In this document: in pieces, positions 39,682 through 50,141 of the stretch
How the letters are laid out: every line of letters starts with the position of its first letter
Numbering within the stretch: the first letter of the stretch is position 1
IMG/VR virus record: IMGVR_UViG_3300012000_000001
Span: 133,027 to 197,026 of that record
Reading direction: 5' to 3' (one strand)
DNA: 64,000 nt
DNA from: a virus
Program-made: the position numbers and the translations under genes
The notes under the pieces: generated by a model
The model's database searches: none
Told to the model about the DNA's origin: nothing
The model's input: only the letters and a program-made list of their open reading frames with translations

Positions 39682-39879
39682 TCACCCTTCCCATTCTGAC
39701 TCATCTTCTACCTCATCAGTACCATAATGAAATTCATTTTTTTTTAAAATATAAGTTCTACCGGAATCACCAAAGATTTCATATAAATAAGTGTCATCAC
39801 CTTGTGTCATCATTTTATTGAGCCAACCTTTTTCTTGTGTTTCCAACACGGTGACTCTATGAAATCTCATTGGACTCAT
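39682..39879 (-). CDS. Hypothetical protein
   Basis: ORF track. Confidence 0.5.
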   Translation of the reverse strand: MSPMRFHRVTVLETQEKGWLNKMMTQGDDTYLYEIFGDSGRTYILKKNEFHYGTDEVEDESEWEG

Positions 39880-40501
39880 GATTATATCTGCCAGATTTTT
39901 TCAAATTATCTATTGCCCATAGCGGTTGTAAATTGGTATAGTGAAAGCAAATTTTTTGTTGTTTTATATCAGTTAAATCAAAACTACAGCATGGCTTGAT
40001 ATGATCTATATGCCACTGCCCATAATTGTCCCAATTCATACCGTCTGAAAACTGTCTCTCTAAGTATAGTTTCAAGTCCTCCCAAGAGCAACCCAATAAA
40101 TTATACGAAATGCTATTTTTCGATCCTCTAGACAAAGCCATTCTGATACGATTACTAATGACAGTTCTTAATCTGAAATTAATATTTCCTTTACGTTTTT
40201 CTCTTCGTTTTTTATTAATTTTGTCTCTATATTTTTCTCGATATTTTTTAGCATTTATAGCAACTTTGTCTAGATTGTCTTGTCCCCATTGTTTTCTGTT
40301 TTCGTTTAATCGTTCTTTATATTTAGATCTATATTCTTGTTGTTGTTTTTGAATTTTCCTTTTATTCTTTTGTCTCCTTATAGCATTATATTCTTTTTGA
40401 CAAGATTTGCAATAAGGAGATTTTCCATCTTTTGATGCTTTCTGATTATGAAAATTAATAGGATCTTGTTTTTTGTTACATTTTATACATTGTTTTTTCA
40501 T
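39857..40501 (-). mobile_element. HNH homing endonuclease, paralog 1
   Basis: Zn-finger N-terminus; LLGCS..DL..YLE..F..GM.W.NYG.WHIDHIKPC.SFDL...CFHYTNLQPLWA.DN. Confidence 0.88.
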
Positions 40502-40543
40502 AGTGTATACCTTTTCGCTTATTGTATACACCAGAAAGTAGAA

Positions 40544-41239
40544 TTAATCTTCAAAAACGTATGACCAGTATCTACTGTCAGACTTACCTTGTAAAGCATC
40601 CCAATAAATACATCTGGCTATATAGCAAGGAACGCCAATCTTTCCGCAGTTAATACTCCAGTGTTGTTCAGCCTTTCTGTATTGACCAAAGCCTTTGTTG
40701 CTACCATAGGTCAAATGCTCCATACCATATAGTCGCAACATATGGACATCCAAACAAACTGCCTTACATTCTAGAGGATGAATTTGCTCCAAAGTAAATG
40801 CCACTTTGGCGGAACCTAGTCCCGTGATTTTATTGACAATCTCATTCCTCTTTTTAATATGATATTTCTTAGTAGTCAAATAAAAGTCCGTAGGCTTTGC
40901 CCAAAACTGGTCTTTGAAAGCCCACAGATATTTGGTACGATTGTTGTACAATCCTACTCCAGAGTTTTTAAGTTTTTCTCTCAGAAGTTCTTTGTCATTG
41001 ACCCACTCTTCATAATTTTTAATTGCTTCGTAGCCACGAACATTACCTTTCCAACTAGTATGCACAGACATGAAACTAAAGAGATACCTTCTAAAGATAT
41101 CGGCAGTATTTTGCGGTCGCACACTCTCCCAATAGTCTTTATAAGCAACTACCTTATCTTTTGGAAAGTTTCTAAAAAACTCGTCGGCCTTGCTGGTACT
41201 CATAACAATCGGCTTTTTCTCAATAACTATGTCTGTCAT
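40544..41239 (-). CDS. HhH-GPD family DNA glycosylase
   Basis: SGVGLYNNRTKY, ITGLGSAKVAF, CLDVHMLR. Confidence 0.8.
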   Translation of the reverse strand: MTDIVIEKKPIVMSTSKADEFFRNFPKDKVVAYKDYWESVRPQNTADIFRRYLFSFMSVHTSWKGNVRGYEAIKNYEEWVNDKELLREKLKNSGVGLYNNRTKYLWAFKDQFWAKPTDFYLTTKKYHIKKRNEIVNKITGLGSAKVAFTLEQIHPLECKAVCLDVHMLRLYGMEHLTYGSNKGFGQYRKAEQHWSINCGKIGVPCYIARCIYWDALQGKSDSRYWSYVFED

Positions 41240-41277
41240 AGTGTCCTCAAAAGGTTTGTTTCAAAGTGTATGCTGCG

Positions 41278-41306
41278 ATTCTACACTAGAGGTATCGACT
41301 TGTCAA
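41278..41306 (-). promoter_or_regulatory. Sigma70-type promoter
   Basis: TTGACA-N17-TAGAAT. Confidence 0.85.
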
Positions 41307-41374
41307 GACCTGTATCTTTAAACCGTTCCAGCAGCCCCATGTAAAACTTAACAATATTTCCAATAATCTACTTT

Positions 41375-42136
41375 TTATTCTAGTTGAAATTTTATCATCA
41401 AGTCTCTTTGTTCTTTTGTATTTTTCCAATCCCCAGGCTTAATATATTTTTCTAAATCTAACTTGATTTCATCTATATAAACCGATGCTGAAAGTTTTTT
41501 AATCATTTTCATATGAGACACAAGATTAGTCACATGAAGTTTTTTTATTTTATTGGAAAGCACAGAACAAACCGGACCCAAAGTACCCACCCCACTCAAA
41601 CATAAATTACTAGCACCTAAAATAATACCCAAATCAGTTGCAAAATCATTTGATTCTATTTTAATATTTCTATTTTTTATAAGCTCATCTATAATAGGAT
41701 TATTATTATTTTCATAAATAACAATTGTTTCTTTATATTGATCTATTATTTTTAAAAAATAATTCAAAGGATTTTGAATATAATAACTATTAATTCTTGC
41801 TGTATCAAATATATCTCCAGATCTTATATGAACTACTAAAGTTTCTTCATTAATATTTTTTATATTAATTTGTTTAAGATTTAATTTTATAATATTTTGT
41901 ATAATATCAAATTTTTCTTCTGGGGTAGCTGTAGCAGGACCATAAAAAAAATTATGATTTTGAATAATTTCAGAATATTTTATATGATTATTAAATATAA
42001 ACCTATTTATAAGTGGGTGATCTGATGATTCAAAAACAAAATTGTTTTTTTTACAATACTGTATAGCATTACATAATTGAAATACATTATTTCCAAATCT
42101 TCCGCACCATTTTGATAACATTATTTTTTTACTCAT
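41375..42136 (-). CDS. GT11-like (alpha-1,2-fucosyltransferase-like) protein
   Basis: GRFGNNVFQL, VHIRSGD, PLNYF. Confidence 0.7.
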   Translation of the reverse strand: MSKKIMLSKWCGRFGNNVFQLCNAIQYCKKNNFVFESSDHPLINRFIFNNHIKYSEIIQNHNFFYGPATATPEEKFDIIQNIIKLNLKQINIKNINEETLVVHIRSGDIFDTARINSYYIQNPLNYFLKIIDQYKETIVIYENNNNPIIDELIKNRNIKIESNDFATDLGIILGASNLCLSGVGTLGPVCSVLSNKIKKLHVTNLVSHMKMIKKLSASVYIDEIKLDLEKYIKPGDWKNTKEQRDLMIKFQLE

Positions 42137-42149
42137 AATGTATTTAATT

Positions 42150-43451
42150 TTATATGTCTCTAATATTAGAGTATAAATATTTAAATGTAGGAAAACGTAA
42201 ACTTATACCACCATCTTGGTTTTCACTCTCGCTAAAATACTGTACAGTTATGATTTTACCAAGAATCTTTTTAGGGTGTTTATAAAAGTCTTTTCTTTGG
42301 TCTATTGTAAAACCACTACCTACTCTAACATCATAACCTTTATGTTTAATTGTTACGCAACTTAGCATAGTTTCTTCTGTCTCTTGACCATCCTTAACAT
42401 ATCTAAATGGTCCCATTTCAACATCGACTACTTCATATTCATCGTCGTTGAAACTCTTATATTTCAATAGGTCTTTGCTACGCTTACCTTTATACGGTTC
42501 ATCTGCACGGAGCATCAATCCTTCCCAATTATATTCTTTAGCCTTGCCCGTCCATTCAGCAAAGTGGTCATCATTTTTAATCAATTCTTGACCAAGAACG
42601 CTAAGACAAACACAAGAATTGTTCTGCATAACAGTTCTGAGATTATTATATCTATGGGTATATGTCTTTGCAGAATCCCCCTTTTTGCTATAAAATTCAT
42701 CGTGGCTAATCATATCAAAAATTTTAAATGAAGGATTAGGAATGGTATGATCCTTCTTTTTAAGTTGCTTCATAATGCCTTGAAAATCTTCATTGCCATC
42801 ATCATCAAGCAAACAAAGTTCACCATCAAATACTACATTAGTAATGTTAAGAGCCTTAATACCATCCCTAACGACGCCAAGAGTATCAAATTCCTTTCCC
42901 GTGCGGGAATAGAAGGTAGTATTGCCATGACCATCAATAATCCCAATACATCTAGCACCATCAATCTTTCTGCTAACATACCAACCATCCTCCCAGTTTA
43001 CAATGCTTGGATTATATTTATCAGCCAGAGCAACGCTAAACTCTGGAATATGGTCGGGAATAGCCTTATTGATCAGCTTATCTCCAGCACGGGTTTTCAA
43101 ATCTTTATCAATAATGCAGTGGATAAGCTCTTCAAATTCTGGGTGACTGTCAATAAAAGTATTGACTGCTCCAATAGCATCATGCCCTGTAATTTCTCGA
43201 TTCTTCAAAGCGTCTAGCAAATCAAAAATAGTCTTATAAAACTTTCCTCTCAAAGTAAACTTCTTTTTAAGGTTGTCACTGGTTACATTATACTGCCAGA
43301 GAGGATGATAGGTGTAAAGTAGAATCTTTTTAATAAAATTAGCTCCACTATCATTAGAAGAAACATAGTCCTCAATAATGTTAACCTTATCAATTGTACT
43401 ACTAGTAGCTTTCAGATCACGAACAAAATTAGACAGATGCTCAAACGACAT
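42150..43451 (-). CDS. lig: ATP-dependent DNA ligase
   Basis: RKIDGAR (motif I), FDGEL, FDMI, EGLMLR, LLKYK, OB domain VGSGF...SLRFPTF. Confidence 0.95.
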   Translation of the reverse strand: MSFEHLSNFVRDLKATSSTIDKVNIIEDYVSSNDSGANFIKKILLYTYHPLWQYNVTSDNLKKKFTLRGKFYKTIFDLLDALKNREITGHDAIGAVNTFIDSHPEFEELIHCIIDKDLKTRAGDKLINKAIPDHIPEFSVALADKYNPSIVNWEDGWYVSRKIDGARCIGIIDGHGNTTFYSRTGKEFDTLGVVRDGIKALNITNVVFDGELCLLDDDGNEDFQGIMKQLKKKDHTIPNPSFKIFDMISHDEFYSKKGDSAKTYTHRYNNLRTVMQNNSCVCLSVLGQELIKNDDHFAEWTGKAKEYNWEGLMLRADEPYKGKRSKDLLKYKSFNDDEYEVVDVEMGPFRYVKDGQETEETMLSCVTIKHKGYDVRVGSGFTIDQRKDFYKHPKKILGKIITVQYFSESENQDGGISLRFPTFKYLYSNIRDI

Positions 43452-43501
43452 TTTTAATTTCTCCTGTGTTTGTCCAAGTATAGCGTAGAAGGATCGCTTT
43501 G

Positions 43502-43717
43502 TCAAGTATCGTCTGTTCGTTTTTGTTTCTTGAATACGATTGCTAAAAGAGCTACTAAATCACTGCCAGTAGTTTGAAACCAACAAGGAAACACAGCATG
43601 AACTATTAAACATAATCCAGCTACTAAACATACTGCCCCATGCATCCAAGCGAAATGAAAATGCTGCCAATATGTCATATTGTTTTCTATTAGATGTTCT
43701 TTAATCTTGTTTTTCAT
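43502..43717 (-). CDS. Small membrane protein (DUF6356-like)
   Basis: HLIENNMTYWQHF..A...LIVHAVFP. Confidence 0.7.
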   Translation of the reverse strand: MKNKIKEHLIENNMTYWQHFHFAWMHGAVCLVAGLCLIVHAVFPCWFQTTGSDLVALLAIVFKKQKRTDDT

Positions 43718-43798
43718 ATTGTTTTTACCTTTGCCTTGAAAGAAAATAATTTTATTATATTACAGGTATAGGACATCTTTTTTTTATAAGGAATTAAT

Positions 43799-44413
43799 AT
43801 GGCTAAAAAGTATTGCTGGTATTGTGATAAAAATCTAGACACTTCTTTATACCATAGGTCTAAAAGTAGTTCAGACGGTTTTCAAGGTATGTGTAAAGAC
43901 TGTCATAAATCATATAGGAAAAATTGGTTGTCTAAAAATAAAATAGAGTATACAAAAAAATGTAAAGAGTGGGCAACAAAAAATAAACAGAAAAAATATT
44001 TAACTCAAAAAGAATGGAGAACCAATAATAGAGAATATTTTCGTGAGCATCAAAGAAAATACAAGGCATTGAAGCGAAAAAATGATCCTATTTTTAGAAT
44101 AACAGGAAATTTAAGAGTTAGGTTAAGAAAGACAGTTAAAGGTATAAATAAAAGTAAAAAAACAATGGAATTATTAGGATGTAGCATAGAGGAATTTAAA
44201 GAGCATATTAAGAAAAAATTTAAAAAGGGAATGACTTGGAATAATTATGGTAAATGGGAACTGGATCATATTAAACCTTGTTATAGTTTTAATTTAATAG
44301 ATTTAGAACAACAGAAAATCTGTTTTCATTATACTAATATTCAACCCTTGTGGAAAAAAGAACATAGAGAAAAGACTACGAATGATACTAGAAAATATCT
44401 TTACGATTTCTAG
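43799..44413 (+). mobile_element. HNH homing endonuclease, paralog 2 (antisense insertion)
   Basis: LLGCSIEEF...WELDHIKPCYSFNL...CFHYTNIQPLW. Confidence 0.85.
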
Positions 44414-44741
44414 ACATAATTAAATAGTTAACCGCTTTAATTATAGAGCTTAAATCATCTCCTAATTTACCTAAGCCGGTATTACATCTGGTACAAAGCC
44501 ATCCTCTAAAAGAATCATCACTATGGTCATGGTCTAATGCCCATTGGAAAGGAATTTTACCGCAACATTCACAAACTTCTGGTTTAGGAGGAGCCTTTTT
44601 ATGTAATTTGCTTCTAATTTTAGAATGTTTTTTAACACATTTCCTACATCTACTATCTAGATTGTCTTTGTACATACTGTGCTTGGGAAAACTTGCTAGG
44701 TTTTTACGTTTCCCACAATATGAACAGACTTTACGGCCCAT
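44388..44741 (-). CDS. Endonuclease VII family protein
   Basis: CECCGK...LDHDH....RGWLCTRCNTGLGKLGD. Confidence 0.88.
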   Translation of the reverse strand: MGRKVCSYCGKRKNLASFPKHSMYKDNLDSRCRKCVKKHSKIRSKLHKKAPPKPEVCECCGKIPFQWALDHDHSDDSFRGWLCTRCNTGLGKLGDDLSSIIKAVNYLIMSRNRKDIF

Positions 44742-45985
44742 TAGAATAATTCTTTGATAGTCTTACCGCTATTTGCAATTTTCATTGGGCGACCATTTTT
44801 AGCAGTAAATGTTGTTTCTAGTGAGATACCCATAGACTTTAAAACGCTTGCCATTAAATCTTGAGAAGTATATGGTTCTGTGATAACTTCTTTTCCGTCA
44901 CTACTAGTTTCTCCAACAACCAGTCCTTTATTAAAAGAACCTCCACCAACCACAACACTCCAACTTCTAGCCCAATGATCTCTCCCACCATTACCATTAA
45001 TGTTTGGAGTACGACCAAATTCTCCCATCCAAATAATAGTAGTATCTTCCAAGCGACCACGATCATGTAAGTCACTAATCAAGGCACTCATTGCCTTATC
45101 CAATTCTGGCAGTTTTTGGTTTTGTAGAGTGGGGAATATATCCTGATGATTATCCCAACCACCAAGATCAACCTCAATAAATGGAACACCCATCTCTACT
45201 AATCGTCTTGCCATTAAACATCCTCGACCAAATCCAGTATTACCATATCTGTCTTGAACTTCTTTCGGTTCTTTAGACACTTTAAATACTTCCATCTGAG
45301 AACTAGTCATGAGTTTGACTGTTTTAGTCAAAAGCTTAGAGTGGTCAGAAGCATAGTCTCCACGCTTTTCGTTCACAAATTTATCTTCAATAGTTTTAAG
45401 CATACGCAATCTTTGATCTAGTCTAGTTTGGTCTATACCCATATCAAGATCACGAACAGTTCCGTTTGAATTAACGACAAATGGTGAATAAGCCGTACCT
45501 AAAAATCCAGCACCAACACTAGGTCCGCCAATACTAACAAACGGAGGAATATCTAGTTGAGGAATAGTTGAAATCAATTCATGAGAAATAACAGAACCAT
45601 AACTAGGATATTCAATATTAGGATTAGGAACATATCCTGTATGCATATAATATCGACCTCTCATGTGGTCTGCTTCTCTTGTACTCATTGATCGTACAAT
45701 ATTCATGTGGTGCATTTGTTGTGCCATGAGAGGTAAGTGTTCACATATTTGAACTCCATCAGCACTAGTAGATATTGGTTTAAAAACTCCACCAGTAGCA
45801 GTACCGGGCTTTAAATCCCACAAATCAATAGTGCTTGGGCCTCCACCCATCCATAAAAGAATAGAACTCTTATTTTTCTTTTTTAAGTCAATAGCATTTG
45901 CCAGAATACTATCTGTAAAGAATAAAGAAGATGCTGACAATGATGAAATTGCAGCACAGTGGTTTAAAAAATGTCTACGGTTCAT
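44741..45985 (-). CDS. DUF1501 family protein with TAT signal
   Basis: MNRRHFL; LLWMGGGPS..D.WD.KP; GGWDNH; MGEFGRTP.IN..GGRDHW. Confidence 0.9.
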   Translation of the reverse strand: MNRRHFLNHCAAISSLSASSLFFTDSILANAIDLKKKNKSSILLWMGGGPSTIDLWDLKPGTATGGVFKPISTSADGVQICEHLPLMAQQMHHMNIVRSMSTREADHMRGRYYMHTGYVPNPNIEYPSYGSVISHELISTIPQLDIPPFVSIGGPSVGAGFLGTAYSPFVVNSNGTVRDLDMGIDQTRLDQRLRMLKTIEDKFVNEKRGDYASDHSKLLTKTVKLMTSSQMEVFKVSKEPKEVQDRYGNTGFGRGCLMARRLVEMGVPFIEVDLGGWDNHQDIFPTLQNQKLPELDKAMSALISDLHDRGRLEDTTIIWMGEFGRTPNINGNGGRDHWARSWSVVVGGGSFNKGLVVGETSSDGKEVITEPYTSQDLMASVLKSMGISLETTFTAKNGRPMKIANSGKTIKELF

Positions 45986-46006
45986 ATTAAATCTCTTTAA
46001 AGTTAG

Positions 46007-46356
46007 TGGAGGCGAGGGAAGTCGAATCCCTGTCCTATCGTTAGATCATTATATCTTCTACAAGTTTAGGATATTCATAAATTTTAAGAAAGACTAAAGA
46101 ACAAACAACATTCATCTTTCCGTACCAACTAATCTCAGACTAGAACCCGTTGGCAATCCTAGCAGCCGAAGGATTTTACGTCGATTTTTCGGGCGCTACC
46201 TTCATCGCTCCCTAAAACCGTCACTGCTTAATTAAGCAGCGAGAGCTAACTGTGTTTCGCCAGTTAAAGCGTTTAATCGACTTTTAAAGTGGCCGGTCGA
46301 TCAACCACTACTTGCAAATATAAATCACTTAGCGTAGTCGATACCATTACGCCCCC
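46007..46356 (-). ncRNA. ssrA: tmRNA; tag peptide (A)GETQLALAA
   Basis: 5' GGGGGCGTAATGGTATCGAC; TTTAACT-GGC GAA ACA CAG TTA GCT CTC GCT GCT TAA; 3' GGACAGGGATTCGACTTCCCTCGCCTCCA. Confidence 0.92.
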
Positions 46357-46371
46357 ATATTTTATATACTC

Positions 46372-46614
46372 CTAAGTCATTCTTTCACGAGCCATTTTTC
46401 TAAGCATTTCTTTCAAAAGATCATTTATTTCTTTATCCGATAATGGTGGTTTCACTATTTCATCTGGTTTGATAAATAAGCCTCTAGCGGGACCAGCTTC
46501 TAATTTTTGAATTTGATATACTAGTTTCTTGTTACTTTCTATTAGGCATATATTGAATCCGATAGAACACAATAAAAGACCTATAATTATAGCTGTTAAA
46601 GGATGAATTTTCAT
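46372..46614 (-). CDS. Membrane-anchored hypothetical protein
   Basis: N-terminal hydrophobic helix. Confidence 0.65.
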   Translation of the reverse strand: MKIHPLTAIIIGLLLCSIGFNICLIESNKKLVYQIQKLEAGPARGLFIKPDEIVKPPLSDKEINDLLKEMLRKMARERMT

Positions 46615-47150
46615 TTTTGATTTCTTTTGTTGATGTAGTTTCTGTATACACTCATAACTACACCACTAGTTGTTCCAACATTGAGAGAACGAACGCTACC
46701 GTGATTAGGGATAGTGAGGATAATATCACACCCATCCAGAATGGTATTTGATAATCCATTATTTTCTTCTCCAAAAAGAAATATAGGTTCAACAATATTG
46801 TCAAATCTATAATCAAACAAATCAACTGTTTTGTAACTATACTCGGGAATATTGTTTTCAATACCAATAATAGTCCTACCAGAGCATTGTGAAATAAAAG
46901 ATGATTCATCATGATAATGTATCATAGGAGTATAATGATATGTTCCTACGCTTCCTCTTTTATCCCATCTCTTCTTACCGACATAGTGTACGTCTCTGAA
47001 TCCAAAAAAATTAGCATTACGAACCATTGTAGACAGATTAAAATCCCCACCAATATTAATCATACCAACACTAGCATCAATAGTATTAGCAACACAATAC
47101 TGTCTGATATCTGGAACGCTCAAATTCTTCAGATTGTCCAAAACATTCAT
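46611..47150 (-). CDS. TrmH/SpoU family RNA 2'-O-methyltransferase
   Basis: NLSTMVRNA, LFGEENNGLS, IPNHGSVRSLNV. Confidence 0.88.
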   Translation of the reverse strand: MNVLDNLKNLSVPDIRQYCVANTIDASVGMINIGGDFNLSTMVRNANFFGFRDVHYVGKKRWDKRGSVGTYHYTPMIHYHDESSFISQCSGRTIIGIENNIPEYSYKTVDLFDYRFDNIVEPIFLFGEENNGLSNTILDGCDIILTIPNHGSVRSLNVGTTSGVVMSVYRNYINKRNQK

Positions 47151-47668
47151 AATTTCTTCATTATCTCCTTAGAGACCAATTCTGCACTATCAAAATTTCT
47201 TGGAATGGTTGTGTAATCGATGTAAAATTCATCAAGAAAATTCAGAATTCTTTCATCGATATTTTTAGCAACATTAACGCTAGATAGTCTACCGACCTCA
47301 TCATATTCATCTTCTTGTCTAGCAATGTAGTAATTTATGTTCTTAAATCTATTGAAAATGTCTATCACTGCTTGAGAAAAAGAAGAAGGATACTTATCTG
47401 CCTTATAAAATAAGCTCAAACAAATAGGAGAATCAGTTACTATAACATCTACTTGGTCTACTAGCATTTCTAGACTATACAATTGTTTCCCAAAAACATA
47501 AGGCTGGCATTGTAGAGTAGAATGTCTATTTTCCCATGTTAGTGTTTTGGCATATTCGGTAACAAGTTCACAGTTCACCCTATTTTGTTTCAGATGAAAG
47601 AATGTTCCTGATGCCAATGTGCTTTTACCAACACCGGGACCGCCAAAAAAATTAACTATTAGTGTCAT
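47147..47668 (-). CDS. P-loop nucleotide kinase / AAA_28-like ATPase
   Basis: GGPGVGKST, EYAK, VTDSPI. Confidence 0.8.
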   Translation of the reverse strand: MTLIVNFFGGPGVGKSTLASGTFFHLKQNRVNCELVTEYAKTLTWENRHSTLQCQPYVFGKQLYSLEMLVDQVDVIVTDSPICLSLFYKADKYPSSFSQAVIDIFNRFKNINYYIARQEDEYDEVGRLSSVNVAKNIDERILNFLDEFYIDYTTIPRNFDSAELVSKEIMKKL

Positions 47669-47827
47669 TTTGATTTAGTAGTATTGATAATTCCTTAATA
47701 TATCCTTCAAGCTTTAATGCAATTTCCCCACAACTTCTACAAACATCAGAGTGTAGGTATTCTTTAAGATCGTCTATTTGTTCTTTGATGTAAATAATTT
47801 TTTCTTTATGAAGTTCTACCATTATTT

Positions 47828-48232
47828 CTAAAACGAAGGTTTATTTGGAACTGATGTTTGACTCTTATCTGACAGCCAAAACACCATTTCATTTTGATCG
47901 TTGTCCCATGCACACTCAACATAGCCTTTTGCTGCTAATTTTGCCAGACCAACACCATACAACCATTCACTAAGATCATTAAAAATATCGTTAAAAACTT
48001 CTTCATTGATTATATGATACCCATCATCATCTTGACCAAGACTATGTTGTTCTATCAACTCAATAACCTGATTCAAACTAATAAATTCATCAAGGTTTTC
48101 AGAATAATCTTCTGCAAAAGAGGATGCCACATTTTCTCTGATTGTCGTAGCAAATCCTGTCATATCCAAAACACTATAATTTTCCACGATATTGCTCCAA
48201 TTAGAAATACTTTTTAACCCCACTGCCATCAT
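47828..48232 (-). CDS. Hypothetical protein
   Basis: ORF track. Confidence 0.6.
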   Translation of the reverse strand: MMAVGLKSISNWSNIVENYSVLDMTGFATTIRENVASSFAEDYSENLDEFISLNQVIELIEQHSLGQDDDGYHIINEEVFNDIFNDLSEWLYGVGLAKLAAKGYVECAWDNDQNEMVFWLSDKSQTSVPNKPSF

Positions 48233-48482
48233 CTTTATTTTTACACCGTTCTGTCAATTTGTCAATAGTGTCCTGTAAACTGTATTCTCCTCTACTTAGC
48301 CACTTTTGATGCTCATAAAGAGCTGTGGTGATCTGTGGAATATAAAACTGAATAGCTATTTCAAATTCCTCTGGAAAATAGGTTTTAAGAACACGCTCTA
48401 TATGAAACAGAGAATCTACGATTTGATCTCTGTAGTCTGTCAGTTTGTTTAGCTGATGTTTTTGTTCATCTGTTAGGGACAT
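48201..48482 (-). CDS. Hypothetical protein
   Basis: ORF track. Confidence 0.65.
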   Translation of the reverse strand: MSLTDEQKHQLNKLTDYRDQIVDSLFHIERVLKTYFPEEFEIAIQFYIPQITTALYEHQKWLSRGEYSLQDTIDKLTERCKNKDDGSGVKKYF

Positions 48483-48889
48483 TAAACGGTCTCCGTTTTT
48501 GGCTTGAGTTTCATAAGCTTATGTTTAATCTTCCAAACCCCAGTTTCCTTATTCTGGATATCCGCACCCATATAAATGTGTGCAAATCCACTATGCTTGT
48601 CCAGACCCCAGGCTTTAATACCATCCTTGTCAATACTCTCAACAATAAAACGACCCCTGTATCCCATAGGAATAAACTCTCCGCGAGAAACAAAATACGG
48701 ACCACCAGCTACGCGGATTCTGTCACCCCTGACAAGTTCCTTCCAATTAACATCACGAATAATCTTAGTATTTTTAGCCTCTTTGCTTTTAGCTTTAAAA
48801 ACAAAAGGAGTATTGCACTTCTTACACATATAAGCACGCGGCCCAGTTGTAGTGCCGCACTTTTCACAAGTCTTTTGACCCTTAGCCAT
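48482..48889 (-). CDS. Zn-ribbon + SH3-like hypothetical protein
   Basis: CEKCG..GPRAYMCKKC. Confidence 0.7.
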   Translation of the reverse strand: MAKGQKTCEKCGTTTGPRAYMCKKCNTPFVFKAKSKEAKNTKIIRDVNWKELVRGDRIRVAGGPYFVSRGEFIPMGYRGRFIVESIDKDGIKAWGLDKHSGFAHIYMGADIQNKETGVWKIKHKLMKLKPKTETV

Positions 48890-48925
48890 TGTTCTTCTCC
48901 TCTGATTGGTAGTTGATACTCTCTA

Positions 48926-48953
48926 AGTATAGCACACTAATCGGCATTGTCAA
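48926..48953 (-). promoter_or_regulatory. Sigma70-type promoter
   Basis: TTGACA-N16-TATACT. Confidence 0.75.
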
Positions 48954-48973
48954 GCGGGACTCTTTAAGAATTT

Positions 48974-49378
48974 TCAGAGATAACCGTCCTTTTCTGCCTC
49001 TTTATCCGAGAGTGTTTTGATCCAAGCCGGAATAATTTCACCATTATCTAGCTTTCTTTGTTTACGCAGAGTTCCTTTTTCTCCACTATATTCGCATATA
49101 GAGTAGCTCATAGTTTCTGCCATATCTATAGCCCCCCTCATATACTCATCTGCACCATAACAATATGCTCTTAATCCTCCAAATTTTTCTTTAATTTGTG
49201 ACCACCAGAAAAAATCAATATCTTTTCCTTGTCTAAGATTATAGTCTAATCTATTCTGAATAGTATTACATAGTTTATCTAAAAGATCATACCAACCATC
49301 ACCACACTCAATATATTTGAGGTTTTTAAATTGGATTGAATATTTTTCTATTAACTTATTGCTTAGTTCTTGATTCAT
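48974..49378 (-). CDS. Conserved phage protein
   Basis: CGDGWYDLL...QIKEKFGGLRAY...ICE.SG. Confidence 0.75.
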   Translation of the reverse strand: MNQELSNKLIEKYSIQFKNLKYIECGDGWYDLLDKLCNTIQNRLDYNLRQGKDIDFFWWSQIKEKFGGLRAYCYGADEYMRGAIDMAETMSYSICEYSGEKGTLRKQRKLDNGEIIPAWIKTLSDKEAEKDGYL

Positions 49379-49604
49379 TGTCTTTACCCAGTGCCTTACT
49401 AGACCAGTCAAGAGTATTTTTTGTAGGATTAGTATATAAGGAATTCCATTCACTTATTAGTTCTACTTCAATTTCTTCGCAATTAATATCATAATCTACA
49501 AACTCGCCATCGTTTTTATAAACCCTAAAAAAATAACGCTTTGTAAATGGACTATAAAGAATAAATCCTTTAGTTCCTTTTGCTGTTTTTTCGTTGGTTT
49601 TCAT
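49356..49604 (-). CDS. Hypothetical protein
   Basis: ORF track. Confidence 0.6.
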   Translation of the reverse strand: MKTNEKTAKGTKGFILYSPFTKRYFFRVYKNDGEFVDYDINCEEIEVELISEWNSLYTNPTKNTLDWSSKALGKDNESRTKQ

Positions 49605-49827
49605 CTTTTTGATCTATATCTGGTATAATTTCTAGTTTACCGGGAGAATAGTGACAAAAATAGCTAGAACTAATACGTTTCTTAATCAAAGTCTCTTCTT
49701 CAACTTGAACATAGATATTTATACGATATCTGTTTTCGTACACATTAATAATTCGTGTCATCAAATAGTGTTTTGGCTTCTCAATCTGCTTAAAAAGGAG
49801 ACTCTCTATCTCTATTTCATTCATCAA
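49570..49827 (-). CDS. Hypothetical protein
   Basis: ORF track. Confidence 0.65.
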   Translation of the reverse strand: MMNEIEIESLLFKQIEKPKHYLMTRIINVYENRYRINIYVQVEEETLIKKRISSSYFCHYSPGKLEIIPDIDQKDENQRKNSKRN

Positions 49828-50057
49828 GAGTTACCTCCATCATTTTCTGCAAAAATACTTTCAATGTTTGTAGCCAACACTGTCCTATCATTACCTATGT
49901 GATTTGAAATTACCCAAGTATCACAACTCAATTCTTCTCCTGTTGAAGCATCGTGAATCATTACTGGACTATTCCAGTCAAATTTACCAAAATTATCAAG
50001 GCCATTAGCTTGGGCATGAAGATAATTATAAAGATCAAGCCATGTCATTTTATTCAT
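49824..50057 (-). CDS. Hypothetical protein
   Basis: ORF track; GGAGG RBS. Confidence 0.65.
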   Translation of the reverse strand: MNKMTWLDLYNYLHAQANGLDNFGKFDWNSPVMIHDASTGEELSCDTWVISNHIGNDRTVLATNIESIFAENDGGNS

Positions 50058-50105
50058 CTAGCCTCCTTAAAATGTCGGTTTTGTGGGTATAGTCGGTGTA
50101 TGGTA

Positions 50106-50133
50106 AGTATACAGGATAGTTTGTTAAAGTCAA
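50106..50133 (-). promoter_or_regulatory. Sigma70-type promoter
   Basis: TTGACT-N16-TATACT. Confidence 0.6.
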
Positions 50134-50141
50134 GGTGCTGC

